A stretch of 64,000 bases of DNA from a virus. Positions 1 through 9,881 of this stretch are shown here, one piece after another (position 1 is the stretch's first letter; the number at the start of each line of letters is the position of its first letter). The stretch spans positions 32,001 to 96,000 of IMG/VR virus record IMGVR_UViG_3300007513_001761. One strand, written 5' to 3'. The translations under genes were made by a program, and so were the position numbers. Under the pieces are notes generated by a model. That model did not search any database. It was given only the letters and a program-made list of their open reading frames with translations, and was not told the origin of the DNA.

Positions 1-3000
1 GTAGGACCATTGCCAATCATATCTTGAGAGTATGCGATTTTCAAAGTTTCAAGAGAGCCGCCCAGCGTGGCTGACACTGTGTCTGCTACTTCGTCCGGTT
101 CGTAGGGTAAAATACCGTTGTCACAGCCAGGATCCGAGAGCATCGGTGGAGTATTGTTTTCCAAAAATGGTCCCAACCCTCCCTGAAAAATGTCTCCAAT
201 GTCTCCTAAATCTTCCAAAGCTTGATCGGTATAGCTTTGACACATCTTTTCGCTCTGTGCTGGTGAAAGCCTTCCTTCTAGAAGTTGCATGCGCATGTTA
301 CACATTTCTTCCTGTTGTTCCTCGGTTAAACAGAGAGAGGGACTTATTGCCTCTTCGGGAACTTGGTCAAGAGCTTTTTTCATCTCTTCTTTAAAGTCGG
401 CGGGCATTACATTTCCCATGTTCCTAAAAGTAGCCGCAATCGTGCTAGGACCCTTTAGGCTCGGGCGAAATTGAGGGAACTCGTATTTTACAATATCATC
501 TACAGCTTTTAAGAACTCTGGTGATGGGTTTCCAAGATAAGCTTCTTGAACTTCTCTAGCTGTCGAATTATTGGAGACCTCTTGTGTAAATCGTTGTACT
601 TCTTCCGAGTCGGTAAAAGCAGCACCCCCGTTTCCAAAAGATTGAAATAATTCAGTGATTGTAGCATCAAGAGTTTCGTCATCAACATCATCGCCGCAAA
701 TTGACTCTCTAATTGCATCAGCTACAGTGTTTTGATTGCTAAACGCTGCTGCAGTCATATCACCGACCAATTCTAATGCATTACAAATCGCTTCACTTAA
801 AATTTCACACAATTTAATCATGAGTAATTCCCAAATTTTAGCGATTAGTTCTGCAATTGCTGCTTTGGCGGCCAACTTTATCCAATACCACAAACTTACA
901 AACTTATCAAAGGGCGGAATAACAAACTGTGGCCACGCAATTTCATCCATATTCCGACAAATCGGTAAAGACAAACTTTTTATAAAATCAGCAGCGTTGG
1001 GATTAAAAAACGCGGTATTAGGACATGTAAGGGCAGCAAAAATATAACCAATAATTGGGGCGCCCGGAAAGTTGCCTAACATGTCCATTAATGATAATTC
1101 ATCTCCCAAATAAACTTCTAGCAACGCCTGAATATAAGCTTCCATAATGATATCGTTGCTTAGTTGTCCACTAACACTTCCAATGTCCACACTGGGTCCT
1201 AGGGTTCTGCGGTTTTCTTCTACATGAGAAGCCCAACCAGAATACGAAACAGAACCATATGGTCCTTCGGCGCGCGTTGCAAAGTCGCCTTTTTGAACAT
1301 CTGCAGTAGCGGCGGCCCATGGTCCTACTGGCTCTTCATCGCCATAATCGTAGTTTCCTACCACGGCATCGCTAGCCTGCTCGTTTGCTGAAGCAGATGA
1401 GAAAATATCCCCTTCTGAAAGCTTTTCATTCATCTTGTCCGACAACTCTTGTTGTTTATCAGCGGGAAGTCCAACAAACAAATCTCCAAAGTTTTCAATA
1501 GACATTGCTCGCAGTGCGCTTTCAAGCATTTTTCCTAACGCTTGCTCTAAGGTAAGACCTCCAAACAAACATTCGAGCGCTTTAACCATAAGGTCTAAAA
1601 GTCCACACAGTTTTAGGCGATTGAATTTTTCGCGACCACTCTTCCGCTCGTCGCGGTTGCCTTTTCTCTGTTCATTCCAACTTATTGCGGCGTACTTAAC
1701 ACTATTTTCCCCCCCTCTCTCGTAATTGAAAACCCAATTGCAAAAGTCAGCAAACATGTCAGCATCTTGTTGAATCTCTTCTAAGGCTTGTTCTTTGGCC
1801 AAAGTTTTAATTTTAGCTTTGTCTACTTTCCAGATAGATTCACCTGTGGCAACAGTTTTGGGCTCATTCCAGGTTGTAGAATCCTCAGCCGCTGCTGCTA
1901 GAAGCTCGTCAGAAGTCATTTCTCTTTGAACCTGGCTTTCGCTAAGGAGTATTTCCAGTTCTTCTTTTAGTTTTTCCATGTCTTCTGTTGTGTAATTGCA
2001 TGTAAAATCATGGAACATATAAGCTATAGCATCTCCGAGACTAAAAGCTTCATCTAAAATATCCTGACCTAATTCTTTTCCTTCTTCTAAAAGTGCTTCA
2101 GCTATACAACTGCGGCCCGTATGTTCACCCGACGCATCATATTCAGAGTTGGCTGTGTCGTAAATTTCAGGATATGTATATGTTTTAAGAAAATCTAACC
2201 AATCTGTGGGTTCTCGCGCTGTTAATTCCTCTACCATGTCGCGTGCCTGAACAAAATAAGCTACGGCTGTGGAATCAGACCACGCTGAAGTTGATACCAA
2301 TAATTCATCCAGGGCAGTGATTATAATTGGCTCTTCTACACATCCTTCAGCTTCAATTTCAAGTTCTTTTAAAACATACTCGCTAGTAAATGTAAAAGTA
2401 ATGCTACTAACGGCCCTGTTCCACGTAAAGGTATCAGAAAAAGGGCCCCCGGTGCCCACTATGTTATAGTTGCGCTTGTTAAGAAAAGCATCCAATTCCG
2501 GCAAAAGCTTTCCAACTTCAGAATTTTTACTACTCCAACCATAATCACCATATAAATCTAACGAAAACACAGAGTTATCGCTTAAAAATTTCAAATTACC
2601 TTGCCCTGTGCCACGGTAAACATTTAGATAGCGCGTATAAAGGAAGAGAGATTTGCGCACTTTCATTAACAATTCAAACATCTCTGACGACGCATACCAC
2701 ACTTCTATGTCGCCATCTTCATTTTCGGCGCCTTCTTCTTCAGAATCAGCCGCGTCTATAGCTTCTAAATTTTCATAAGGCACAGAATAAAGTAATTTTA
2801 ATCTGCTCATGGAACGCAATCCGACATAATAGTCAGTATGCTCTACCACTTCTTTCAAAATATCTATAGATGCCTGAGAGGTGTCTTTATTATAAGCCAG
2901 CAATAAGGCGGCAAGAGCGGCTTCCTCATATGTTCTCTGCAAATTTGCTACTTCCAAATCAGCTTGCGTATTTACTTCTTCTTCAGATAAGGACTCTATA

Positions 3001-3239
3001 TCTTCCATAAGCCCTAAGACGCTATTTTCCGCTGTTTCATAGGTAATTTGATACATACACCTTCTTTCATTTAAAAAAGGAGTATATTCGTCTAAAGTGC
3101 GCCAATTAGGAAGAATGGCAGCGCTATTGGGAATACACGGCGGGCACTCATCGGGAGCAACGGTTTCTATCGGCTCACAAACATCATTGAGTCCATCGCC
3201 GTTCGCATCTTGAAATGGTAAAAATTTGGATTCAGACAT
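1..3239 (-). CDS. Large acidic protein, probably virion structural (>1079 aa, runs off left edge)
   Basis: Missing from the ORF track because it has no stop in the window. Manual translation from ATG at 3239 (MSESKFLPFQDANGDGLNDVCEP...) stays open to base 1. AAGGA SD upstream; follows the spike-like gene. Confidence 0.75.
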   Translation of the reverse strand, partial: MSESKFLPFQDANGDGLNDVCEPIETVAPDECPPCIPNSAAILPNWRTLDEYTPFLNERRCMYQITYETAENSVLGLMEDIESLSEEEVNTQADLEVANLQRTYEEAALAALLLAYNKDTSQASIDILKEVVEHTDYYVGLRSMSRLKLLYSVPYENLEAIDAADSEEEGAENEDGDIEVWYASSEMFELLMKVRKSLFLYTRYLNVYRGTGQGNLKFLSDNSVFSLDLYGDYGWSSKNSEVGKLLPELDAFLNKRNYNIVGTGGPFSDTFTWNRAVSSITFTFTSEYVLKELEIEAEGCVEEPIIITALDELLVSTSAWSDSTAVAYFVQARDMVEELTAREPTDWLDFLKTYTYPEIYDTANSEYDASGEHTGRSCIAEALLEEGKELGQDILDEAFSLGDAIAYMFHDFTCNYTTEDMEKLKEELEILLSESQVQREMTSDELLAAAAEDSTTWNEPKTVATGESIWKVDKAKIKTLAKEQALEEIQQDADMFADFCNWVFNYERGGENSVKYAAISWNEQRKGNRDERKSGREKFNRLKLCGLLDLMVKALECLFGGLTLEQALGKMLESALRAMSIENFGDLFVGLPADKQQELSDKMNEKLSEGDIFSSASANEQASDAVVGNYDYGDEEPVGPWAAATADVQKGDFATRAEGPYGSVSYSGWASHVEENRRTLGPSVDIGSVSGQLSNDIIMEAYIQALLEVYLGDELSLMDMLGNFPGAPIIGYIFAALTCPNTAFFNPNAADFIKSLSLPICRNMDEIAWPQFVIPPFDKFVSLWYWIKLAAKAAIAELIAKIWELLMIKLCEILSEAICNALELVGDMTAAAFSNQNTVADAIRESICGDDVDDETLDATITELFQSFGNGGAAFTDSEEVQRFTQEVSNNSTAREVQEAYLGNPSPEFLKAVDDIVKYEFPQFRPSLKGPSTIAATFRNMGNVMPADFKEEMKKALDQVPEEAISPSLCLTEEQQEEMCNMRMQLLEGRLSPAQSEKMCQSYTDQALEDLGDIGDIFQGGLGPFLENNTPPMLSDPGCDNGILPYEPDEVADTVSATLGGSLETLKIAYSQDMIGNGP

Positions 3240-3270
3240 CTTTTTTCCTTTTTGCGCTCTACTTGGGTGT

Positions 3271-4311
3271 TTATGTTATGTTAACATTTCGACTGCATAT
3301 ATAGCGACTCGCGTTAGGATCAGTGTAATGTTGTCGCCAAGCCAATATCTGCCCTTGTTGAGACCATGCTGGGCCCGAGCCCTGGATGTTACATGCTGCG
3401 AGCGCGCTGGCTAAAGCGGCGGTTTGTCCGCCGGCGACCATGACCGGGTTTGTTCCCACAACCCCAATTATTGCCTGTTGAACAAGATTCATTGTAAGAG
3501 CCACTCCAGCTATAGAATCGACAATCGCTGCCAACTCTTTCAACGCCTGAAGAAGGTTTTCTCCCATAACTGCTGGCTGTAAGTAATTTAAGTGAGGATC
3601 ATGATCTGGAAAGAAAATCTTTCCAATCTCCAATATGGCTTTTGGAATTAAAAGTTCGCGACCAGCGGCATTGTTGCCGGCGATCAAATCAATAGTGGCT
3701 GCCTGTTCTATGCTGCCTCCTTTAGAGTTTGTTTCGCCCAAAAGACCCAGACCTTTGGCACCTTGTGTGCGTCCAGTTACAATTTTTACGCCTTCGTTTC
3801 CGAAGATGCGCACCTTATCAGCTTTCATGCCCACGGCCGATGAGGGTTCTTCCGGATCTCCCGTTTTACGTGCAATTCCAAAATTCGTGTCTATTGTGGT
3901 AAGAGTACTAATATAAATGCGAGCCGCGTCGGCTACAAAATTACGATTAACAATCATTCCATCACAGGGTCCCTTAGAACCACGAGATTTGGCCGCCAGA
4001 CCGACGACTAAATCGATAGTATCGCCAACGCCAAGGGCGCCGAGTCCCGAAGCTTCGGTAGAAGGGCGATCTAATCCGAAGATTAAATGCGCATTATTAT
4101 GAGACATCACCTTTTCGCCCTGGGCCGCATTGAATGTGATGAAGGGTTGAATAGGTGGGGTATTCATCAACCCACCTGTTGCTGTGTTAACAGGTGTACC
4201 TTGATCCATCAAGTCTTGAGGTGTTGCTGGTACCTCAGACTCCCCAGTCCCTTCCGGACATCTCTCAAATGTGTCTTTGTTGAAAAGTTTTCGCTTGCCT
4301 TTTGATGCCAT
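3271..4311 (-). CDS. Putative baseplate central spike (gp5/VgrG C-terminal-like) protein
   Basis: Beta-rich Gly/Val stretches (ADAARIYIS, SAVGMKADKVRIFGNEGVKIVTG) and a hydrophobic helical C-terminus; next to cell-wall hydrolase genes. Confidence 0.5.
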   Translation of the reverse strand: MASKGKRKLFNKDTFERCPEGTGESEVPATPQDLMDQGTPVNTATGGLMNTPPIQPFITFNAAQGEKVMSHNNAHLIFGLDRPSTEASGLGALGVGDTIDLVVGLAAKSRGSKGPCDGMIVNRNFVADAARIYISTLTTIDTNFGIARKTGDPEEPSSAVGMKADKVRIFGNEGVKIVTGRTQGAKGLGLLGETNSKGGSIEQAATIDLIAGNNAAGRELLIPKAILEIGKIFFPDHDPHLNYLQPAVMGENLLQALKELAAIVDSIAGVALTMNLVQQAIIGVVGTNPVMVAGGQTAALASALAACNIQGSGPAWSQQGQILAWRQHYTDPNASRYICSRNVNIT

Positions 4312-4329
4312 TTTTTTACTCTCTCCCTA

Positions 4330-4336
4330 TAAATAC
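4330..4336 (-). promoter_or_regulatory. Candidate phage promoter motif GTATTTA
   Basis: NTAnTTA motif directly before the GGGAGAG SD of the gene starting at 4311. Confidence 0.4.
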
Positions 4337-4362
4337 TCTCTTATTGTAAATCTGTGTATCTA

Positions 4363-5682
4363 TTATTCATAGTTTTTACACACATTAGTGGACGGATCTG
4401 ACCATTTTTTACACACAGCGCATGCAGCGTGAGATTTACAAAAATCCTCAACTGACCAAAATGAATCTAAATACCTTCCAAAGCTTATTTGCCCTTGAGA
4501 ACACAAATAGCCGGGGCCTTTTACCCATGAATTAAGGGCAGTCGTATAGTTCCAAACGTCTTCTTTAGAAGTACTAGATAGCCCTTCTATTTCGCTAGAA
4601 TAAGTTCCGCCTTTTCCATGAAGTATCCAGCCCGCTACCGCTAATCCTGTTCTGTCGGCGCCGTGTTTACAGTGTACTAAAACGTTCCCTTTTGCAAATT
4701 CTTTATTAAACGCACTAACCGACTCCTGGAAGCCTTGCCCCTTGATACATCCTTGATGGGCTGACATTTTCTTATATTCAATTTTTTTGCCGGCTGTTTT
4801 TTTATCTAAATATTCGATGTAAGCCTCTTCTATTTCCATCGTGATGCAGGTTGCCATCTGCGGATCCCATCCATATTCGCTATCCAAATCGTCGCGATTA
4901 AGACGAATAAATGTTGTAATATTATCTGTTTCAACCATGTATTTTATTTCACCCAATGTGGGCTGCTTATATCTATAGTTGTTGTTTCCTATCGCTAGAT
5001 AATTACCACTTGGTTTTTTTGCAGTGACAGAATCAAAATTCAAAACACCAGGCGGCACTGTAGCTGGACATTTGCCACCATCGGGGCGCTGTCCTGGGGC
5101 GGCCGTGTCTTGTACGGGATCATAACTCTTCAAGCGGGCAATCGTATTGATCAAGAATTTACCGCTCAGCGGCTCACACTGGGGCTCTTTTGGATCTCTT
5201 AAGTTGGCGCGCTCAATGAGCCGAGTTACAATGCCATGTTGAGAGTTTACTGTGTTTGTTTCTCCGTTCATATTTAAGGTTATTTCTACTATGTCGTTTT
5301 GTCGTATAGGAGAATCAGTAGAGGTTTGGTAGTCGGCAGACGTTACACACAAAGTATGCAATTTAATCAATTTAACGGCTTCCGCAATATTGCTAGTGGA
5401 ATCAAGATTACAGGGGTTTGGCAAATAATGATGCGGGCTTTTCTCGTAAAGATCATCCTTTATTCTCACTCTTATAACATAGCGTCCTATTTGAGCATCT
5501 CCAGTATTTCGGCCAGTTCCTGTATATCTATCTAAGTCGCGTTGAGAGAGAGGGAGGGCATCCGTAAGCGCTACACCTTTGAACACCTTAATTTCTCCTC
5601 GTTTTGCATTAAGCTGATTTTGAGATGCCCACATCAACAATTCTAAACGCATACGAGGCGTTGTAAATGTAGTTTTATCCAT
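4363..5682 (-). CDS. Shared N-terminal domain fused to a protein tyrosine/dual-specificity phosphatase
   Basis: HCKHGADRTG matches the PTP CX5R active site; N-terminal ~190 aa paralogous to the next two genes; TAATG overlap at 5682. Confidence 0.8.
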   Translation of the reverse strand: MDKTTFTTPRMRLELLMWASQNQLNAKRGEIKVFKGVALTDALPLSQRDLDRYTGTGRNTGDAQIGRYVIRVRIKDDLYEKSPHHYLPNPCNLDSTSNIAEAVKLIKLHTLCVTSADYQTSTDSPIRQNDIVEITLNMNGETNTVNSQHGIVTRLIERANLRDPKEPQCEPLSGKFLINTIARLKSYDPVQDTAAPGQRPDGGKCPATVPPGVLNFDSVTAKKPSGNYLAIGNNNYRYKQPTLGEIKYMVETDNITTFIRLNRDDLDSEYGWDPQMATCITMEIEEAYIEYLDKKTAGKKIEYKKMSAHQGCIKGQGFQESVSAFNKEFAKGNVLVHCKHGADRTGLAVAGWILHGKGGTYSSEIEGLSSTSKEDVWNYTTALNSWVKGPGYLCSQGQISFGRYLDSFWSVEDFCKSHAACAVCKKWSDPSTNVCKNYE

Positions 5683-6917
5683 TAACATGGCGGATCCAAT
5701 TTGCTATGTCCAAGCGACATGCTTATATAATCAGCGCGGGTGTCAATCGAGAAATCACCACCTGAGTTTTGATCGATGAATGTTTGTCTATCGCGCCCGG
5801 ACTTGAGCGATGCCCAATCATCAGCCAAAGAAAAACTGTCTGGCTTACCAATTGCCCGTGGCCAAAATACATACATATATGCATCCCCTTGATTGGCAAT
5901 GGCGCGGCCTTTCGGTTTATCAAAGTATTGCTCTACAAGCTCTAGTTGTTGATCCCAATTCATCGCATATACCTTAGTCTGTGCAGCTAATCTGTCAGCA
6001 TCCGAAAAGGGTCGAGAATATCCTTGCAGTCCTGCTGATGTGTCTGGCATAAACTGTATTAAACCAACAGCACATTTAGTCAAACGTGTAGAATGATCAG
6101 AATAGCGGCCTTCACAGCCGATATTTATCTCTTGAGGATCAAAGCCACTCTCGCCATTGATAATGTTAGCCAGCCAACCTGGATCAAAGTTAGCACTAAT
6201 ATTATTGGCAACTTTTACAATTCCGTCTGCCTGGTGTTGGCTCAGCCCATATGCTTTCATCAAATCTGCGGCTGTACGGTGGGAGGCTTTTCCGGAAAGA
6301 GAGCATTTAGTAGTTACAGGTCCGGACGAGTGATCGGCTAGCAACGTTAGTTCTGAAGTGTCGAACTTGCCTTGCAAGCTCTCACAGAGGTTTTGTAAAA
6401 AAGGATCGTACTTTGCTTTGGAAACAATTTGAATTATTTCTCCATGATCTGTATGAATATTACCTCGTGAATCGACGGTCATAGTGACTCTTACTTTGTC
6501 ACCTCTGCGCACTATAGAATCACTACTTATGCTAAAGTCTTCAGACGTTACATATGTTGTAAACATTTTTATCATCTTAATAGTCGCGACTAGATCTGGA
6601 GTTTCTCCAATCCCACAAGGATCTATTAAAAAGCGATGAGGGTTTTCTATAGGCTTCAACATATCTCCATTAGCGTTCCCAACGATCATGGCTTTAATGA
6701 TATAACGTCCAATGGTAGCTGCGTCTATTGCGCCTATTGGTCCATTTTTGGTATAATTGCGCTGCTGCTCTCGGCTTAATGGAACAGCGTCTGTTAGTGC
6801 TATAGCAGTAAATTCACGAATTTCGCCACGTCCACGTCGATTAAATCGTATTTCAAATTTATCCGCAATCGATAGGCGCAGTGCTTCTTCGGGAGTGGTG
6901 GGGTAGTCAACAGACAT
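5682..6917 (-). CDS. Shared N-terminal domain fused to a lytic transglycosylase/lysozyme-like domain
   Basis: ESGFDP and AVGLIQFMPDT are SLT-like motifs. Confidence 0.8.
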   Translation of the reverse strand: MSVDYPTTPEEALRLSIADKFEIRFNRRGRGEIREFTAIALTDAVPLSREQQRNYTKNGPIGAIDAATIGRYIIKAMIVGNANGDMLKPIENPHRFLIDPCGIGETPDLVATIKMIKMFTTYVTSEDFSISSDSIVRRGDKVRVTMTVDSRGNIHTDHGEIIQIVSKAKYDPFLQNLCESLQGKFDTSELTLLADHSSGPVTTKCSLSGKASHRTAADLMKAYGLSQHQADGIVKVANNISANFDPGWLANIINGESGFDPQEINIGCEGRYSDHSTRLTKCAVGLIQFMPDTSAGLQGYSRPFSDADRLAAQTKVYAMNWDQQLELVEQYFDKPKGRAIANQGDAYMYVFWPRAIGKPDSFSLADDWASLKSGRDRQTFIDQNSGGDFSIDTRADYISMSLGHSKLDPPC

Positions 6918-8075
6918 TTAGCCTTCCACCATGGGGCCTTCGGCTGCATCAGTCCCTGCTGGGCTCGTGGGATCTGTAGAAGCAACAGCGGGTGCAGTCG
7001 GATCATCACATTTTTGAATTGCCTTAATAAAGGGAGTTGCGTCCATGGGACTAGAACCTTTCCAAAGCTCCATATGTAAATGAGGGCCGGTACCCACGCC
7101 GGTATTTCCAACCTTTCCAATAAGATCTCCGCGACTCACGAGGTCTCCCGCCTTAATATGTGTGGGCTTCTGTGCCATGTGAAAATATTTCGTTTTATAG
7201 CCACTCCCGAGTCCTGTGTGTTTAATGTTAACGGAATTGCCTTGGCGCGTCTTGCCATCCCATGCATAAACTTTATCAATTACTCCATCAGCGGCTGCAT
7301 ATATTGGCGTGCCCGTCGAAGCTCCCCAGTCGGTGCCCTGGTGTTCTTCGCCGCCTCTAGGTCCATAGGGGCTCGTAATGGGATATGAATCATTCATTAA
7401 TGGATGCATCAAATAGAACTCAGAGTATTCTTCTGCACACACTTCTGCGTCTATCGTTATAGACGGAATAGATGTCTCTAACAACTCAATCGTATTAACA
7501 GTGAATTGTCCCTGTAAGCTTTCACATGAATCAAATTGCGGACGTGCAGGATCTGCGGCTTCTACCACTCCTAGAATTTCTCCTTGCTCCATGATCAAAG
7601 CTCCATCGCCACCTACCTGTAAAGTCACTTTAATGATATCATTCCTGTTTATGTTCATCCCGGAACTTATATCGTAGTCTGTGCTGGTGATGAATGTCGG
7701 AAACATTTTAGCTAATGCGATTGAAGTGGCTATATCTGGCGTTTTTCCCAGGCTACAAGGATCGACCAAATAACTGTGTGGGTTTTCAATAAACGGCAAT
7801 CGGTTACCAATCGCATCTCCAACGATAATGGCCTTTACCGCAGAGCGGGCTATTTTGGAATCATCCGGAGAGCTTGTCGTCGAAACAGAGGCTAGCCCAT
7901 ATCGTTCCAACATTTTCTTGCGCGAAAGTGGCACACCGTCGGTAATTGCACGGGCAGTGAACTCTCGAATTTCGCCTGGGAACCCAACGGTTGCTTTGTT
8001 TTGTTTTTGCGCGGCGTAGAGTCCTATCTTGGCCCTAGCCATTGTAAAATCACTATAATCAAGTGGCATCCACAT
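6918..8075 (-). CDS. Shared N-terminal domain fused to an M23 peptidase
   Basis: HQGTD and GPHLH zinc motifs, GTPIYAAADG, VGNTG. Confidence 0.9.
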   Translation of the reverse strand: MWMPLDYSDFTMARAKIGLYAAQKQNKATVGFPGEIREFTARAITDGVPLSRKKMLERYGLASVSTTSSPDDSKIARSAVKAIIVGDAIGNRLPFIENPHSYLVDPCSLGKTPDIATSIALAKMFPTFITSTDYDISSGMNINRNDIIKVTLQVGGDGALIMEQGEILGVVEAADPARPQFDSCESLQGQFTVNTIELLETSIPSITIDAEVCAEEYSEFYLMHPLMNDSYPITSPYGPRGGEEHQGTDWGASTGTPIYAAADGVIDKVYAWDGKTRQGNSVNIKHTGLGSGYKTKYFHMAQKPTHIKAGDLVSRGDLIGKVGNTGVGTGPHLHMELWKGSSPMDATPFIKAIQKCDDPTAPAVASTDPTSPAGTDAAEGPMVEG

Positions 8076-8364
8076 TATCTCCTTGAATTAAATCAAAGAG
8101 AGAGTTTTTGTCATCTTCGGTAAGCTCTACCTCTCGCCCAGAAGCTTTGTGTTTAAGACCGATAAGCTTTACTAGCTGTTCATTGGAACGTTGCATTGTT
8201 TCAATGTGTTTGGCGGCTACAGGGCTCAGATATTTGTTTTGTTCTGCATCTTTGGCAATGGCGTTAGCAATCTCATTTAAAAACTCTCGGGCCACTTTGC
8301 GGTCATTACGAATGTTGCCAAGCGCCTCTTCCATAAGTTTTTTTAAATCTTCTTGTTTGCTCAT
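8059..8364 (-). CDS. Helical hypothetical protein (possibly terminase small subunit-like)
   Basis: 101-aa coiled-coil ORF overlapping both neighbours; resemblance to gp16 is only architectural. Confidence 0.5.
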   Translation of the reverse strand: MSKQEDLKKLMEEALGNIRNDRKVAREFLNEIANAIAKDAEQNKYLSPVAAKHIETMQRSNEQLVKLIGLKHKASGREVELTEDDKNSLFDLIQGDNVDAT

Positions 8365-9065
8365 AATACGCCACTCTCCCAGTCTTGCTTGAACAGGTAA
8401 TACTTTTTTCTAAATTTCTTTAGAGAATTAACAATCTGTTTGGTGTTAAGTCCAGTAATCTCTCTCAAGTATAGGTAAATAGCTTTTTTGTTAAAAATTT
8501 CTATATCCTCTTTCGACTCAAATAAGATAATAATGGCTTTATAAACTTTAAGATCATTTTCCTTCATTTGGGAAGTGTCCCAAGAACTAAGTTCTGTGTG
8601 GAATGAGAGCCAGAATTCTTCGTCTTCTCTCTCGGTCACATAAGATTCATTCGTCGATAGATACTCTTCTTCGTAAGCTTTTGAGACATTTTCATAATCA
8701 ACCTCGCGCATGCTGCGTTTTTGCTGCTGCTTGACTTTATGAATGAACCAATTCTTAGTAATAACAGAAAAATAGGAAAAGGCTTTGGAGCCTTTAGTGG
8801 GGTCGTATTTATCTAAAATGGTCATAAGCCATATCTTACATTCGTCGCGCAAATAGTCGCAATTAGGAAGATTCGTAAATTTATAAGTAAAAACTATTTT
8901 ATCCACCATTTCGTTAAAAGCAGGCTGGATGAGGTTTACATATAACTCAGTTCTTTCTTTTATGCAGTCTGTGTTGCTATATCGGATAATGGCATTTTCA
9001 TGGACAACGGTAAAATAGTGATTACTCTTTTTGGCCGCTCTCTTCTTCTTCGTTTTCTTCATCAA
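8361..9065 (-). CDS. Phage RNA polymerase sigma factor (sigma70 region 2 / gp55-like)
   Basis: LDKYDPTKGSKAFSYFSVITKN region-2 motif; C-terminal HTH-like LREITGLNTKQI. Confidence 0.75.
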   Translation of the reverse strand: MMKKTKKKRAAKKSNHYFTVVHENAIIRYSNTDCIKERTELYVNLIQPAFNEMVDKIVFTYKFTNLPNCDYLRDECKIWLMTILDKYDPTKGSKAFSYFSVITKNWFIHKVKQQQKRSMREVDYENVSKAYEEEYLSTNESYVTEREDEEFWLSFHTELSSWDTSQMKENDLKVYKAIIILFESKEDIEIFNKKAIYLYLREITGLNTKQIVNSLKKFRKKYYLFKQDWESGVL

Positions 9066-9393
9066 TGAGTTCAGGTTCCTTGCTATCGTCTGTAATTTCG
9101 GGCGCTTCTGGTTCTGTCAACGAGTAAATATACTCGAAAGTTTCTAGTTGTTCGTTAAAAGACACAGCATGGTGTAGAAGATGTTCTAAGGTTTGATCTC
9201 CATAGAATGCATCCAAATCATATACAGACTTAACATGTTTTGCGAATGCATCTATCATATGTTGTAAATCTCCTAGTTCTTCTGACACCGAGAGAAGTTG
9301 CACGATGGCCGAGCGAGCATAAATAAAAATACCCACATTAAGAAACAGCGATAACGTTAGCACTGCAGATAGTATTATTTCAAGTCGGCTCAT
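9022..9393 (-). CDS. Membrane-anchored hypothetical protein
   Basis: N-terminal TM helix, acidic tail. Confidence 0.7.
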   Translation of the reverse strand: MSRLEIILSAVLTLSLFLNVGIFIYARSAIVQLLSVSEELGDLQHMIDAFAKHVKSVYDLDAFYGDQTLEHLLHHAVSFNEQLETFEYIYSLTEPEAPEITDDSKEPELIDEENEEEESGQKE

Positions 9394-9655
9394 ATGTTTC
9401 CTCTTTTGCTTTGCTTTTCTCTTGTTTTAACAACTCTTTATTGGCTTCAATAAATTCCTTTGTAATCTCTCCAACTTTGATGTCTGATGACTCTCCATCG
9501 GGTGATTTTATGATTTGTGGTGTTGTTAAACTTTTTACTAGAGAACCAGTTAGCTCACAAAATTTACATTGTAAGCTGTCGGCAGTTTCAGTTATCCGGT
9601 GAAATGCCATTTGTTCGCTGCGGCAATCCGCACAAACGTACCGGTATCGGGGCAT
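9380..9655 (-). CDS. FmdB-family zinc ribbon protein
   Basis: MPRYRYVCADC...CKFC pattern. Confidence 0.75.
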   Translation of the reverse strand: MPRYRYVCADCRSEQMAFHRITETADSLQCKFCELTGSLVKSLTTPQIIKSPDGESSDIKVGEITKEFIEANKELLKQEKSKAKEETYEPT

Positions 9656-9880
9656 TTACTTTTTCACCAAGTTTTCTAAATCTTCGTTAGAAACTTCCGC
9701 ATTGTTAGTTACCCTAACTGTGGGTGGGTTTCTAACAACAAGCCCATCTTGGGTCTCAACCAAGTCAAATCCTTGTAAAATTGGCACAATGTCCAATTCA
9801 TTTAACAAAGATTCCTGGAGGGCCATCATAATAGCCCCCATTGCTTGGTTAGACAATTTCAATTCTTTAGCTGTTGTCAT
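9656..9880 (-). CDS. Hypothetical protein
   Basis: Start MTTAKELKL at 9880 with AAGGAG SD. Confidence 0.7.
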   Translation of the reverse strand: MTTAKELKLSNQAMGAIMMALQESLLNELDIVPILQGFDLVETQDGLVVRNPPTVRVTNNAEVSNEDLENLVKK

Positions 9881-9881
9881 T

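Noticed and set aside
1-3239. Apparent ORF-free region suggesting stop-codon recoding or a pseudogene
   Set aside because: It is one open frame truncated by the window edge; TAA, TAG and TGA all act as stops elsewhere.
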